Shown in pieces: positions 1 to 25,100 of a stretch of 64,000 nucleotides of DNA. The translations under genes were made by a program, and so were the position numbers. Within the stretch, counting starts at the first letter, position 1. Each line of letters opens with the position of its first letter. The notes below the pieces were generated by a model, which did not search any database, had not been told where the DNA came from, and was given only the letters and a program-made list of their open reading frames with translations. The stretch is from Macrostomum lignano (Eukaryota): assembly GCA_002269645.1 (NCBI GenBank), contig NIVC01003368.1, positions 1-64,000 on the forward strand. Direction: 5' to 3'.

Positions 1-430
1 ATACGGAATCACTAATTGTTAATCTATTTTTAGAAAGGTAAATTGCCACAACAGGGAATCACTAATAGATAATCTATTTTTAGAAACAGTGTACATTACC
101 TTAACCCGGAATTGCTAACTGATAATCTATTTTTAGAAACAGTGTACATTCCCTCAACAGGAATCACTAATTGATAATCTATTTTAGAAACAGTGTACAT
201 TACCTCAACCCGAATTGCTAACTGATAATCTATTTTCAAAACAGTGTACATTACCTCAACCCGGAATTGCTAACTGATAATATATTTTTAGAAACAGTGT
301 ACATTACCTCTGTGTGGCTATCATTGACTACATCAATTAGTCAATTGATAATCGATAATCTACTTTTAGAAAGTGTACATTGCCTCAGCAGGAAATCGCT
401 AATTGATAATCTATTTTAGAAGCTTAACAT
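1..430. repeat. Degenerate ~55-bp tandem repeat
   Basis: Recurrent GGAATCACTAATTGATAATCTATTTTTAGAAACAGTGTACATTACC unit, about 7 copies. Confidence 0.8.
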
Positions 431-1491
431 TGCGCTTCTATGCATATTTTAAGAAACAGAAACCGATTTTCTGAACTATTCTCGAATAACTGAGTAAAAC
501 ATGCCAATATAAAGAAATTGCAAAGCGTGCCAGTGCACCAACAATATTTGCATGATATGCGTCTCTGCAGAGAAATTAAGAGTCAAAAACCTTCCATAAA
601 ACCGCATTCCGTGAGTTGCTGAATGGAATTCGGCGAAAGAATGGTTGAAAAATGTATGCAACATATTTATGGACAAAAAAAACAAACTATGTAAAACCGG
701 GTAGATTGCCCGATAGTCAAGAAGACAATATAACAAAAAATGAAGTCTATTAAATAGCCACACTTAGGCTATGCAGCCGAGAGTATTTATCATTGCTCAA
801 TTGTTATTAACATTGGAACGCACCGAGAATTTTACTTTTGGCAGCAAGTTGACTACTTACAGTAGTAAAGTTTGCTTTTGGAAATATAATAATTTTATAC
901 TTTACTTTGCACGTATTTTCCATATTTTTACTATAAGTAGAGTAGTCGATAAAGTATCAAAGTATTAATTTAATAAAACAATATAGTGTTTTTTCTACTT
1001 AAAGTAGAGAAGAAAGAAGAATTAAGTATGACAATTGTTTTTCGTAGTCTTAATTATTTCTGTCGTACGGTTTTTTGCATAAATTAATTACGCTAATGGC
1101 TAGCAATACAAAAAGGAACCTTCTTGCTCATTAGGATTTTCTACCTCTACAAGGCCCGTACTGTACTCAAATATTATGTACAATGTTATTTGAAGGCTTA
1201 AGACGACCACATGATTGCAAATTGAAGCAATCCAAGAAGCAAAACAAGAGACACTACAATACCTTTGGTCCTCGGCAGTTCCACTGTTAAATAAGCAATT
1301 ATTATAATTATAATATAAAACCACACAAGCATGTAAAAAAGAAGATAAATACAATAAATTGCAGAAAAAATACAACTGAAACAGGATCTTGTCAGAAAAA
1401 AATGAGATTTTGTTTAGCAAATAATAATATTCATAATATAAATAGTCGAACACGGATACTGGCGCTACATCAGCCGCTGCTTGACAGCAGT

Positions 1492-12400
<10,909 letters not shown>

Positions 12401-12836
12401 CTGTGAAAAGGTATGAACAATATGAGTAATTGGGTAATTACTACAAGCCTCAATGGGGCATTTCTTCCTATTTATCAAGTCATCATTTTCACTTCTAGAT
12501 TCATAAAATTTTTTTATAGATTTATAGATTACTTACTGGTGCAGGCTGTTGTGCAAAGTTTTCAGGAACTGTGGCAAGAGTCTTTGTGGTGGAAGACATA
12601 TTGCTGTTTTTTGTTGGACCTTTTTTGTTTGTTACTAAAAAATGCAATTGACAAATTATTAAGAGATAAATTGCTCTTATATAGAGCCTTAGCTGGCTAG
12701 TATTGAGTCAATCTTGTATTTGTAGCATGCAATAAAAACGAGGATTTATAAAATTTGTAGACTTTAGTTGCCCAATAGGAAAAGATAAAGCCTTGAAGTA
12801 TAGACAGGCCATATTTAAAAAAATATTTAAGTATCA

Positions 12837-12927
12837 GATTAAACATGCCTTTTGAGGGAGTTATTTGTATAAATCACGGGGGCCGAGGGATTTATGAAAA
12901 TAACTCCCGAAAAAGGCATGTGTAATC
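12837..12927. other. Long imperfect inverted repeat (hairpin)
   Basis: CATGCCTTTTGAGGGAGTTATTT...ATAAATC / GATTTAT...AAATAACTCCCGAAAAAGGCATG, ~13-nt loop. Confidence 0.7.
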
Positions 12928-14559
12928 TCGTATAAACCATAGACATAAAGACTTTACGGGATATTATTGAATATTACCAAATAAAATCCCGGAGAATGCA
13001 AATATTGTCACGGAGAGTCTTTATTTCTATGGATTATTGTATAATTTAACTCAGAATTATATATTATATTAAAAATAGTAAATAAGTTATATTATTAACA
13101 ACTTAAAGCAAATTTGAAGGTTAAGCCAATATGATAAGGTTTACTATATGATTATTATGTAATAATAGGCATATATTAATGATATTAGTTATAATAAAAT
13201 ACTGTAAGCAAATAAATTTTTATTTGTAATAGCCAAGATGAAATTATCTTGGAAAAATTAAGTAAAATAGCATATTTAAAGTTTTAATAGCATAGCATTA
13301 GAAATAGAATATAGCATAGTCTAATATAATGCTACATATATATATATAATAATAGTAACAATCAGAGAAAAACCTTGCCTTAGTTTAGTAATATATAGAA
13401 TATAGCAATATGCAGAAATAAGCCACTAATACTAACTATGACTATGCCATTTTATGCCACATAAATAGGTTGAAGGTTAATAGGCCTAATGGCCTACTAG
13501 GTAAGCAAAACAAGATCATAGCATGCTTGCACTAGAACAAATCTTATCAAAAAAGTTATTAGGCTCTAGGCCTACACTATAAGCTAAAAATATGCCTTTT
13601 GCAAAAAATACAACCTAGGCCTTAACTTAGGCATACAACCTAGGCATACAACACTAGGCCTCTAAAATCTGTATTTTCCATTTAAAAAATAGGCTTAATG
13701 ATAAAACTTATATTATAATCTGTTTAATAGAAATAGAATGCTAATATATTTTAATTGAAAAATTTTAAATAATATACTAGCAAACAAAAAGTAGGCCTAT
13801 TAGGCCTAATTATGCATTAGACAATACATTATTTATTTTTTTATTTTGCACTTCACAGTATTTTTATATTTTCTATATTGAATTCAATCTTGTTTGACTA
13901 TTCTCAAATTCAAAGCCCATTTTCAAAATTTTGAAAATTTTTCAAAATGACCAATAAAGGCTGTCTCAAAATTTTGAGATTGAGATCAAGATCTCAGTGA
14001 GACTCTAATAGAATATATGAATTGAGAAGTAGAATGTTATAAATGTTTAATGTTTAATGGGTTTAATGTTAAATACTATAAACCCTATGCCTTTGGTAAA
14101 ACTACTAAAAAGCTTCCAAATACAATAATTAAATTAAAAATCAAATACTAATAGAGGCATACTTATAATAGCCTAATTTTTATTACTTATCAACCAATCA
14201 TGGAAATCATTAAAATTGATGACTAGCATTTTAATGTCAAATAAAAATGTACACAGACACAATTAAAGACAAAGTCCAAACCAGAAATTTTGACACTTCT
14301 TTACGACTTTAGTGTATCTTCGGCATTAAAAGAGAAATGCCAGAACACAAGAAATGTACACCGAGACTTAAGTGTAATCATTAAAATTTATATAAAGAAG
14401 TGAATTCATACACAAAATTTATACAAGGTTTATATGCTTGGAAGCTTGGAATTGACAAGTCCATGGGATGGCTAGCTAGTAGATGACGAAATGACTCCCT
14501 GGAGTGTGTATGCCAATTAGGATGACGAAGGGACATAAATTTAAGTTAGGTAATAGACA

Positions 14560-14631
14560 CCCTAGATGACGAAATTTCAGGTGACGAAATAGCAAATGAT
14601 GAAATGGCAAATGACGAAATAACTAGGAACC
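14560..14631. mobile_element. Single transposon end related to element at 46436-46764
   Basis: Tandem GATGACGAAAT subterminal repeats ending in GGAACC; partner end not found. Confidence 0.4.
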
Positions 14632-15960
14632 TAATTACCGACATTACTGCTAGTATAAATAGGCCTACAAGAAGTTCTAAGATGTAACTTTCTTAGGGAC
14701 AATACCTACTTAATAAAAAATATAATAACCAGTAATAAAGTGTAAAATCGAAGTCAGGAGCTATGACACATTAAGCTGCTGCTTCAATTGTGTAAGCACT
14801 GAAATTTTAATTAATTTGTATTATGTAAATCATTCTACAGACTTTCTCATAAATTTATTTTTCGCGCGGTTCTATGAGTACAAGCCATAACAATTTTTTT
14901 TCATTTTTTGTGATAGATTCTTTGAAAATAAAAGCGAAGCCGATTGAGTTCTAACAATTAATTTTTTCTCTTACTTGCACAAGAAATTATCTACCAATAC
15001 AAAAAATCAAACACCGTATTGAGACAGCCCTTCGTTGAAATAGTCTAGATACCTGGGCCTCTAGTGTGGCCCATGTGTTTCCCTCGTTCGTTGAGACATA
15101 TAAATAGGTCCCTGAGTCCCTGAACGAATCCTACTACTAAGTACTAATGTCCAATATACTAAAAATGGTCTGCCGGTATCTATCTATGAGAAATAAAGTC
15201 AAGGAACCTTCTATATAACGTTACCTGCTACCTAACGTTGATTTCAAATGTCAGCATGGTATTGTTTTATTGTCCAAGTGATCACTTGAAACTTAGAGCG
15301 CAGAAGCACCTTAAACCTTTTAATCAGGTATACGCTTGCTTTTAAATTTACATGTGCGTTCGTACAAGCCTTAGAACTGCTTCAAACTAGAATTGAATGA
15401 AAAAACCATTTTCTTCCATTAGTTGACTTCGTCTTATTTTAATTAAGGTATGCTTGTTGTCAATTACGTAATCGTGTACCCTTGTGTAAATATAGATTAT
15501 CCTAATTATCCAGCTATTAGAAGGAACGAGTAGAAAGAGATTTAATTTTCTTACCCACCGACTTTATTGATCGAAATACATGTACTCGTACAAACCAATA
15601 CTTGCACTAGCCGCGACTTCTGGGTTGTATTAAAACTCTGGGAAGTGTGCTTAAGCTTCAAAGAATAAGGCACTCTACTCGAGTACTAGTCGCGGATTAC
15701 TATATAGCTTGATTGAAAGCTTTAAATTGACGGATAATGTACTGACTTTATTGGCAATATTAGTGCCAACTAGGAAATAAAAATAATGACATCAAAACAG
15801 AAGTTCATGACAAAGGCTGAAATATTTTTTTCTTCCAAGAAGACTGGCAGCACGGCCAATATACGAAGCTTAACATCCGACTCAGTTCAAATTTTATTAC
15901 TTAATCCACTCTTGCCATGCAATTTTAACAGATTATTTAATGGTCAGGACAGAGCGCCGT

Positions 15961-16571
15961 TCACTTATGCCCGTAGGACTCGATAATCTTCTGATACTTG
16001 GCCACGCGATCCTTCACCTTCTCGGTCGCTTTGGCGCGCAGCTGACGATCCCGGACCTGACGCTTGTGAAAGTGAGCCGATTTCACTTTACGCCTGCGCT
16101 CCAGGGTGCCAATAACGCCTTGGTATTTCCATCCGACCTCGTGCGACAGGCGGCCGAGCACGCAGAACTTGCGACGGGTCTTCAATCGGAGACACTTGAG
16201 CGCGGACGGCACTACCTGACGCTTGGCCTTGTCGTAGGGGCTCGGAATGCCTTCGAACACTTTCAGACGGTCCAGAGCCTCGGCACCCCTAGCCAGCTTG
16301 TGCGGCAGCATACCGCGCACTGTGCGCCAGAAAATCTTGGACGGCGCACGGAAATGATAGGCCCGCGGCTAGGCTTAGTGTTCAAGCGTTTGCGCAGGAA
16401 CTCGTGGTAGCGAGTTTTGTTGCGAAAGAACGACCCGGAGATGTTGATGCCCTCGCAGCGGACAACCACCACGCGCTGGCCTAGAAGGAGCGTCTTGGCT
16501 ACGACTGCGGCCAGACGGCCTAACAGGTGGCCGCGGGCGTCGATGATCAACGGGCTGGACTTGAATCCCAT
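15961..16571 (-). CDS. RPL13A: 60S ribosomal protein L13a (uL13), CDS intronless, one 1-nt deletion near 16360
   Basis: [18 protein letters not shown]...RCEGINISG...NTKPSRGP[fs][21 protein letters not shown]...[13 protein letters not shown]...[12 protein letters not shown]. Confidence 0.96.
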
Positions 16572-16684
16572 GACTAATTGGCTTGGAGGCCTTGCGACAT
16601 GAAATTGCCGGTTTTTGTGCTAATTTAAAGATCGGTTGGGATATCAGAAAATCTTCTATACTTGACTGACAGCTTCAGGGAGAG

Positions 16685-17025
16685 TGAAGGCCTCAGTGAT
16701 CAGCAATGAGTTTAGATGGAGAGGGTGGAGACCTCAGTGATCAGCAATGAGTTCAGATGGAGAGGGTGGAGACCTCAGTGATCAGCAATGAGTTCAGATG
16801 GAGAGGATAGAGATCTCAGTGATCAGCAATGAGTTCAGATGGAGAGGATAGAGACCTCAGTGATCAGCAATGAGTTTAGATGGAGAGGATAGAGACCTCA
16901 GTGATCAGCAATGAGTTCAGATGGAGAGGATAGAGACCTCAGTGATCAGCAATGAGTTCAGATGGAGAGGATAGAGACCTCAGTGATCAGCAATGAGTTC
17001 AGATGGAGAGGATAGAGACCTCAGT
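16685..17025. repeat. 41-bp minisatellite upstream of RPL13A ATG (probable 5' UTR intron)
   Basis: GATGGAGAGGATAGAGACCTCAGTGATCAGCAATGAGTTCA, about 8 copies. Confidence 0.9.
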
Positions 17026-17244
17026 TTAAACAAACTCATCCTAAATCCTTAACAGCAAAAAAGTAAATAAACAGGAAAATGCAGAGAGAGAATATGAAAT
17101 TAAGACCATTATTGCAACTCAATAGGCCAGGCCATTAAACGTAGATTTTATACTTTACAAGACATCATTCACAACGAGCTAATTATACGATAATGATTGG
17201 CAATAATAACAAATAGTAATTGGCAATTGAATTATAATATTTAC

Positions 17245-17270
17245 CTGAACAATTGTAACGGAGAAAAAAT
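17245..17270 (-). promoter_or_regulatory. Candidate short non-coding first exon of RPL13A with pyrimidine-rich (TOP-like) start
   Basis: TTTTTTCTCCGTTACAATTGTTCAG|GTAAAT donor; AG acceptor at 16574-16575, 2 nt before the ATG. Confidence 0.4.
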
Positions 17271-17296
17271 CAATAAAATGCAAATAACAATACACA

Positions 17297-19130
17297 AGTT
17301 GCTCAATTAGGCTACTGAGCTGGTCAATTAGGCTACTGAGCTACTCAATTAGGCCACTGAGCTGCTCAATTAGGCTACTGAGCTACTCAATTAGGCCACT
17401 GAGCTGCTCAATTAGGCTACTGAGCTACTCAATTAGGCTACTGAGCTACTCAATTAGGCTACTGAGTTGCTCAATTAGGCTACTGAGCTGCTCAATTAGG
17501 CTACTGAGCTACTCAATTAGGCTACTGAGCTGCTTAATTAGGCTACTGAGCTGCTCAATTAGGCTACTGAGCTGCTCAATTAGGCTACACAAGTTGCTAT
17601 ATTAGGCTACTGATCTGCTTAATTAGGCTACTGAATTAGGCTACTGAGCTGCTCAATTAGGCTACTGAGCTACTCAATTAGGCTACTGAGCTGCTCAATT
17701 AGGCTACTGAGCTGCTCAATTAGGCTACTGAGCTGCTCAATTAGGCTACTGAGCTACTCAATTAGGCTACTGAGCTGCTCAATTATGCTACTGAGCTGCT
17801 CAATTAGGCTACTGAGCTGCTCAATTAGGCTACACAAGTTGCTATATTAGGCTACTGATCTGCTTAATTAGGCTACTCAATTAGGCTACTGAGCTGCTCA
17901 ATTAGGCTACTGAGCTGCTAAATTAGGCTACTGAGCTGCTCAATTAGGCTACTGAGCTGCTCAATTAGGCTACTGAGCTACTCAATTAGGCTACTGAGCT
18001 GCTCAATTATGCTACTGAGCTGCTCAATTAGGCTACTGAGCTGCTCAATTAGGCTACACAAGTTGCTATATTAGGCTACTGATCTGCTTAATTAGGCTAC
18101 TCAATTAGGCTACTGAGCTGCTCAATTAGGCTACTGAGCTGCTCAATTAGGCTACTGAGCTGCTCAATTAGGCTACATAAGTTGCTCAATTAGGCTACTG
18201 AGCTGCTTAATTAGGCTACTGAGCTGCTCAATTAGGCTACTGAGCTGCTCAATTAGGCTACTGAGCTGCTCAATTAGGCTACTGAGCTGCTTAATTAGGC
18301 TACTGAGCTGCTCAATTAGGCTACTGAGCTGCTCAATTAGGCTACATAAGTTGCTCAATTAGGCTACTGAGCTGCTCAATTAGGCTACTGAGCTACTCAA
18401 TTAGGCTACTGAGCTGCTCAATTATGCTACTGAGCTGCTCAATTAGGCTACTGAGCTGCTCAATTAGGCTACACAAGTTGCTATATTAGGCTACTGATCT
18501 GCTTAATTAGGCTACTGAATTAGGCTACTGAGCTGCTCAATTAGGCTACTGAGCTACTCAATTAGGCTACTGAGCTGCTCAATTAGGCTACTGAGCTACT
18601 CAATTAGGCTACTGAGCTGCTCAATTATGCTACTGAGCTGCTCAATTAGGCTACTGAGCTGCTCAATTAGGCTACACAAGTTGCTATATTAGGCTACTGA
18701 TCTGCTTAATTAGGCTACTCAATTAGGCTACTGAGCTGCTCAATTAGGCTACTGAGCTGCTCAATTAGGCTACATAAGTTGCTCAATTAGGCTACTGAGC
18801 TGCTTAATTAGGCTACTGAGCTGCTCAATTAGGCTACTGAGCTGCTTAATTAGGCTACTGAGCTGCTCAATTAGGCTACTGAGCTGCTCAATTAGGCTAC
18901 TGAGCTGCTTAATTAGGCTACTGAGCTGCTCAATTAGGCTACTGAGCTGCTTAATTAGGCTACTGAGCTGCTCAATTAGGCTACTGAGCTGCTCAATTAG
19001 GCTACACAAGTTGCTCAATTAGGCTACTGAGCTGCTCAATTAGGCTACTGAGCTGCTCAATTAGGCTACTGAGCTGCTAAATTAGGCTACTGAGCTGCTT
19101 AATTAGGCTACTGAGCTGCTCAATTAGGCT
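17297..19130. repeat. 21-bp minisatellite between INTS13 and RPL13A
   Basis: TCAATTAGGCTACTGAGCTGC, over 80 units with recurring variant blocks. Confidence 0.95.
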
Positions 19131-19168
19131 TACTAAATGGCATAACACAGAAGGTCCAAGAAATTAAT

Positions 19169-22100
19169 TTAGCCCTTTCCGCCAAGAGAAATTCTGGGAT
19201 CTTTGCTGCGAATGTGCTTCTGCTGATGCGGATGCTGTTGTTGCTGCTGCTGTTGCTGCTGCTGCAGGTCAGTGCTGGCTGCGGCAGCGGCAGTCAGATG
19301 CTGGTACAGCGGGTAGATCTCGCCAGCCGGACAGACCAAGCGGCCGTGAAATTCTGGCCGCCGACCGGAAGTGGCCGAACGTACTCGGTCCTCGTACCAG
19401 TCTTGCACAGACTGATTAGATCGAACTGGCGCAGGTGGTGGCGCAGCAGCGCCGCTAGCAACCCGAGACCGCTTACTGACTGGTTCGGTGGCGCTGAGCT
19501 GCTGCTGCTGAGAGTCAGAGTCCAGCTGCTGCAGCCGGATATTGTCTAGGAAATTCAGACCAGTGGGCTGCGAGCTTAGCGGCTCCGGCGGACGAAACCT
19601 TCGCAGATAAGTGAGCACCTGACGAATCAAGGGGCGTCAGTTGACGTACAATATTGCTGACAGATTAGTGGTTAAAGGTACTTTTAATTACACTCACTAA
19701 TAATCATTTCTAATAACTAACAAGCATTAGTAATCTAGCTTGGTGGATGTGTACACTTTAAGCGACATTGTCACACAACCGGCGAGAGGCATTGCTGCCC
19801 ATTCTGCCGACTCCCCTGAGCAGGCACACAAGCGCGCGGATACGTACGCAGTCATACGCACAGGCACACACTCACACAGGAGTGTGCAACAGCCTTAACT
19901 TTATTTATCGTTAGGCATGTACACTTCACTGCGCCTTGGGGGCTGGTCCTCAAGACCGTTAATTGCACGATCAGAGCCAAGCCGAGACTCTCCAAATTAA
20001 TGTGACTGCACTGGGAATCGAGCCTGGGCCGCTGGCACACCAGAGCGCCGCGTCACAAATAATCATTCTTAATAAGCAATAATCAACCCTAGCACCCGCC
20101 AATAGTTGGCACTACCAGCCTTAAAGCGGATTCACGCGCAGACCTGGGCATGGCCATCGGACACCAGGGCATAGCGGCACAGCATGGAATCCAATTCCAT
20201 AAACAGCAGCCGGTACAGATCCTCCCGCCTCGCCGATCTGAGACTCCGATTGCTAACAGTAATAGGCTCGCCGCGAACTTCCATATCAAGAAACTTCTTC
20301 ACCAGATTCTCGCACGCTTTAATCTCTTCATCGTCAAGAGATTCTTCGCTTAATAGGCTGAGCAGCGACTTGGCTGAACTGCTAGCCGACAGCAGAACGC
20401 TATCGTTGATAGTCAACGGCCAGTACAGAGTGCTCCGTTCCAGGTGTCGGACAGCTCTCACCCTGGGCAGGGTGGGATAGTCCCCAGTCTCTCTAGCCGG
20501 AAACAATCTACTACGCTTCATCACGTCGCGAAAATCGCTAGTCCTATAGTCTGTCAGCTTGATAGGGCAGCCGGCCGTGGGCAGGCAGCGGGACTCGGCA
20601 GCTGGCGGCAGCTCTTCTAGAAGCGGCTTGCCCGGCTCCAGCACGTGCAGGTAAATATCCCAGCATGGCTAGCCAGCATGTGGGTGACGCGACGGGTATT
20701 GCTGCTACTATTAGTAGTAGCGCCGGGCGACTGTTGCTTGGACTCCAGCATGACAAACCGGCTCGGTGGGCCGCGGAGAAAGTTGATCAGGCACACGGAG
20801 TGACGCGCGGTCACGTCGGCCGCGGTGACCCGGCAAACTCTGGCGCAGTTCAACAGGTCCACCTGGAAATAATCCCAGAGTCAGTGACACTTTTATCTGC
20901 CAAATCCTGTGTCAGTGACATTTTGAACTCCCAAATCCTGTGTCAGTGACATTTTGAACTCCCAAATCCTATGTGTCAGTGACATTTTGATCTCCCAAAT
21001 CCTATGTGTCAGTGACATTTTGATCTCCCAATTCCCAGAGTCAGTGACATTTTGATCTCCCAATTCCCAGAGTCAGTGACATTTTAAGCTCCCAAATTCC
21101 AGAGTCGGGAAATGCCATCTTTGAAATCCCATAGTGACAAATCACCAGAAATCCCATAGTGACAAATCCACAGAAATCCCACAGTGACAAATCCACAGAA
21201 ATCTCACAGTGACAAATCCACAGAAATCTCACAGTGACAAATCCACAGAAATCTCACAGTGACAAATCCACAGAAATCCCATAGTGACAAATCACCAGAA
21301 ATCCCATAGTGACAAATCCACAGAAATCCCACAGTGACAAATCCACAGAAATCCCACAGTGACAAATCCACAGAAATCCAACAGTGACAAATCCACAGAA
21401 ATCCCATAGTGACAAATCCACAGAAATCCCATAGTTACAAATCCACAGAAATCCCATAGTGACAAATCCACAGAAATCCCATAGTGACAAATCCACAGAA
21501 ATCTCACAGTGACAAATCCAAAGAAATCCCATAGTGACAAATCCCCAGAAATCCCATAGTGACAAATCCACAGAAATCCCACAGTGACAAATCCACAGAA
21601 ATCCAACAGTGACAAATCCACAGAAATCCCATAGTGACAAATCCACAGAAATCCCACAGTGACAAATCCACAGAAATCCCATAGTGACAAATCCACAGAA
21701 ATCCCACAGTGACAAATCCACAGAAATCCCACAGTGACAAATCCACAGAAATCCCATAGTGACAAATCCACAGAAATCCCACAGTGACAAATCCACAGAA
21801 ATCCAACAGTGACAAATCTACAGAAATCCCATAGTGACAAATCCAAAGAAATCCCATAGTGACAAATCCACAGAAATCCCATAGTGACAAATCCACAGAA
21901 ATCCCATAGTGACAAATCCCCAGAAGTCCCATAGTGACAAATCCCCAGAAGTCCCATAGTGACAAATCCACAGAAATCCCAGAGTGACAATTCCACAGAA
22001 ATCTCACAGTGACAAATCCACAGAAATCCGATAGTTACAAATCCACAGAAATCTCAGAGTGACAAATCCACAGAAATCTCACAGTGACAAATCCAGAGAA

Positions 22101-25100
22101 ATCCCATAGTGACAAATCCCCAGAAGTCCCATAGTGACAAATCCACAGAAATCTCACAGTGACAAATCCACAGAAATCTCACAGTGACAAATCCACAGAA
22201 ATCTCACAGTGACAAATCCACAGAAATCTCAGTGACAAATCCACAGAAATCTCACAGTGACAAATTCACAGAAATCTCACAGTGAAAAATCCACAGAAAT
22301 CCCATAGTTACAAATCCACAGAAATCCCATAGTGACAAATCCACAGAAATCTCACACTGACAAATCCACAGAAATCCGATAGTTACAAATCCACAGAAAT
22401 CTCACAGTGACAAATCCACAGAAATCCCATAGTGACAAATCCACAGAAATCCCATAGTGAAAAATCCAAAGAAATCCCATAGTGACAAATCCACAGAAAT
22501 CCCATAGTGACAAATCCACAGAAATCCCATAGTGACAAATCCCCAGAAGTCCCATAGTGACAAATCCCCAGAAGTCCCATAGTGACAAATCCACAGAAAT
22601 CCCATAGTGACAAATCCACAGAAATCTCACAGTGACAAATCCACAGAAATCCGATAGTTACAAATCCACAGAAATCTCAGAGTGACAAATCCACAGAAAT
22701 CTCACAGTGACAAATCCAGAGAAATCCCATAGTGACAAATCCCCAGAAGTCCCATAGTCATACATGCGCAACAGTCGGCCGAGTCGGCCGATCCGGCCGA
22801 CCGATTTGGCAGCCAATCAAGGAAGTCGCAAAAATGCCCACCAGAAAAATACCAAAGTAGTATTACTAAGTAGCTGACGAGGCATTTTGACCTAATAAGA
22901 CAGTCAAAGTTACTCCTGCCGTTTACCCAAAGTTGCGTTAATTTTGATTTATTACATGTAAGTCGCATTTTTGGCCAAAAACTACGTCGCATTTTTGTTA
23001 AAACTAAGTCGCATGGCCGACCGAATTTTGGAGGTTGCGCATGTATGCCCATAGTGACAAATCCACAGAAATCTCACAGTGACAAATCCACAGAAATCTC
23101 ACAGTGACAAATCCACAGAAATCTCACAGTGACAAATTCACAGAAATCTCACAGTGACAAATCCACAGAAATCTCACAGTGACAAATCCACAGAAATCTC
23201 ACAGTGACAAATTCACAGAAATCTCACAGTGACAAATCCACAGAAATCTCACAGTGACAAATCCACAGAAATCTCACAGTGACAAATCCACAGAAATCCC
23301 ATAGTGACAAATCCACAGAAATCTCACAGTGACAAATTCACAGAAATCTCACAGTGACAAATCCACAGAAATCCCACAGTGACAAATCCCCAGAAATCCC
23401 ATAGTGACAAATCCAAAGAAATCCCATAGTGACAAATCCACAGAAATCCCATAGTGACAAATCCACAGAAATCCCATAGTGACAATCCGCAAACTCCATA
23501 TTCTAGAACAGTGAATCCAACTAACCGACTGATTCTTTGGCGTCAGCCATTTCAGCCCGAAACTCTCCGGAAAGATAAGATGCTCTCCAGCCAGAGCCAT
23601 AGATGAGAAGCTGCCCATAGCAACGTAATCAGCATGCGCTGACGCTTCGTGCAACAATTCTACATCGTAGTTCCGATTAGACTGCTGCTGACCAGCCGCG
23701 GGTGTCTCCTCTTTCATTGGAATGTCCTGTACGCAGGTGGAAGCCAGATTATAATGCTGCCGAGTTAAATTGACAAGGCCGCGAGCCAGAGACTCGCCAG
23801 CCTGACAATTGTGCACTGACAGTCGGAGCAGATCGCCAAATCGGACGCTGTCCCGTTCTGTCACTCGAGGTTCTGTGCCCAACGGCCTGACGCACACTAG
23901 CACCAGGTGACAGTGGTGCACCTGAGTGAATGGTTGCAGTGAAATTATGATTGAGACTTGTTACTAATAGTAGTAGAAAATCCAAATATACAAAATAACA
24001 TACTATTTACCGTACAAGAGCTGAAGGGGCGGTTCTTAGGGACGAATTTAGGGTCGATTCTTAGAGGGGAGTTTAGGGGCGATTCTTAGGGGGGAGTTTA
24101 GGGGCGATTCTTAGGGGGGAGTTTAGGGGCGATTCTTAGGGGGGAGTTTAGGGGCGATTCTTAGGGGGGAGTTTAGGGGCGATTCTTAGGGGGGAGTTTA
24201 GGGTCGATTCTTAGGGGGAGTTTAGGGGCGATTCTTAGGGGAGAGTTTAGGGGCGATTCTTAGGGGGGAGTTTAGGGGCGATTCTTAGGGGGGAGTTTAG
24301 GGGCGATTCTTAGGGGAGTTTAGGGCGATTCTTAGGGACGAATTTAGGGGGCGATTCTTAGGGGGGAGTTTAGGGGCGATTCTTAGGGGGGAGTTTAGGG
24401 GCGATTCTTAGGGGGGAGTTTAGGGGCGATTCTTAGGGGGGAGTTTAGGGGCGATTCTTAGGGGGGAGTTTAGGGGCGATTCTTAGGCGGGAGTTTAGGG
24501 CGATTCTTAGGGACGAATTTAGGGGGCGATTCTTAGGGGGAGTTAAGGGGCGATTATTAGGGGGGAATTTAGGGGCGATTCTTAGGGGGAGTTTAGGGGC
24601 GATTCTTAGGGACGAATTTAGGGGGCGATTCTTAGGGGGAGTTTAGGGGCGATTCTTAGGGGGGAGTTTAGGGGCGATTCTTAGGGGGAGTTTAGGGGCG
24701 ATTCTTAGGGGGAGTTTAGGGGCGATTCTTAGGGGGGGGAGTTTAAAGCGATTCTTAGGGGGAGTTTAAAGCGATTCTTATGGGGGAGTTTAAAGCGATT
24801 CTTAGGGGGGAGTTTAAAGCGATTCTTATGGGGGAGTTTAAAGCGATTCTTAGGGGGGGAGTTTAAAGCGATTCTTAGGGGGATTCTTAGGGGAGAGTTT
24901 AGGGCGATTCTTAGGAGGGAGTTTAGGGGCGATTCTTAGGGACGAGTTTAGGGGCGATTCTTAGGGGCGAGTTTAGGGGCGATTCTTAGGGACGAGTTTA
25001 GGGGCGATTCTTAGGGACGAGTTTAGGGGCGATTCTTAGGGACGAGTTTAGGGGCGATTCTTAGGGACGAGTTTAGGGGCGATTCTTAGGGACGAGTTTA

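Larger units (their letters stand above)
21120..23482. repeat. 25-bp minisatellite in INTS13 intron 3
   Basis: CAGAAATCCCATAGTGACAAATCCA, about 80 units, interrupted by MITE at 22759-23047. Confidence 0.95.

Noticed and set aside
13957-15032. Possible 1.1-kb TIR element (GGCTGTCTCAA / TTGAGACAGCC)
   Set aside because: Only 11-13 bp match and no TSD found
16574-16600. 8-codon uORF just before RPL13A ATG
   Set aside because: Its TAG doubles as a likely 3' splice acceptor, so it is probably intronic or outronic
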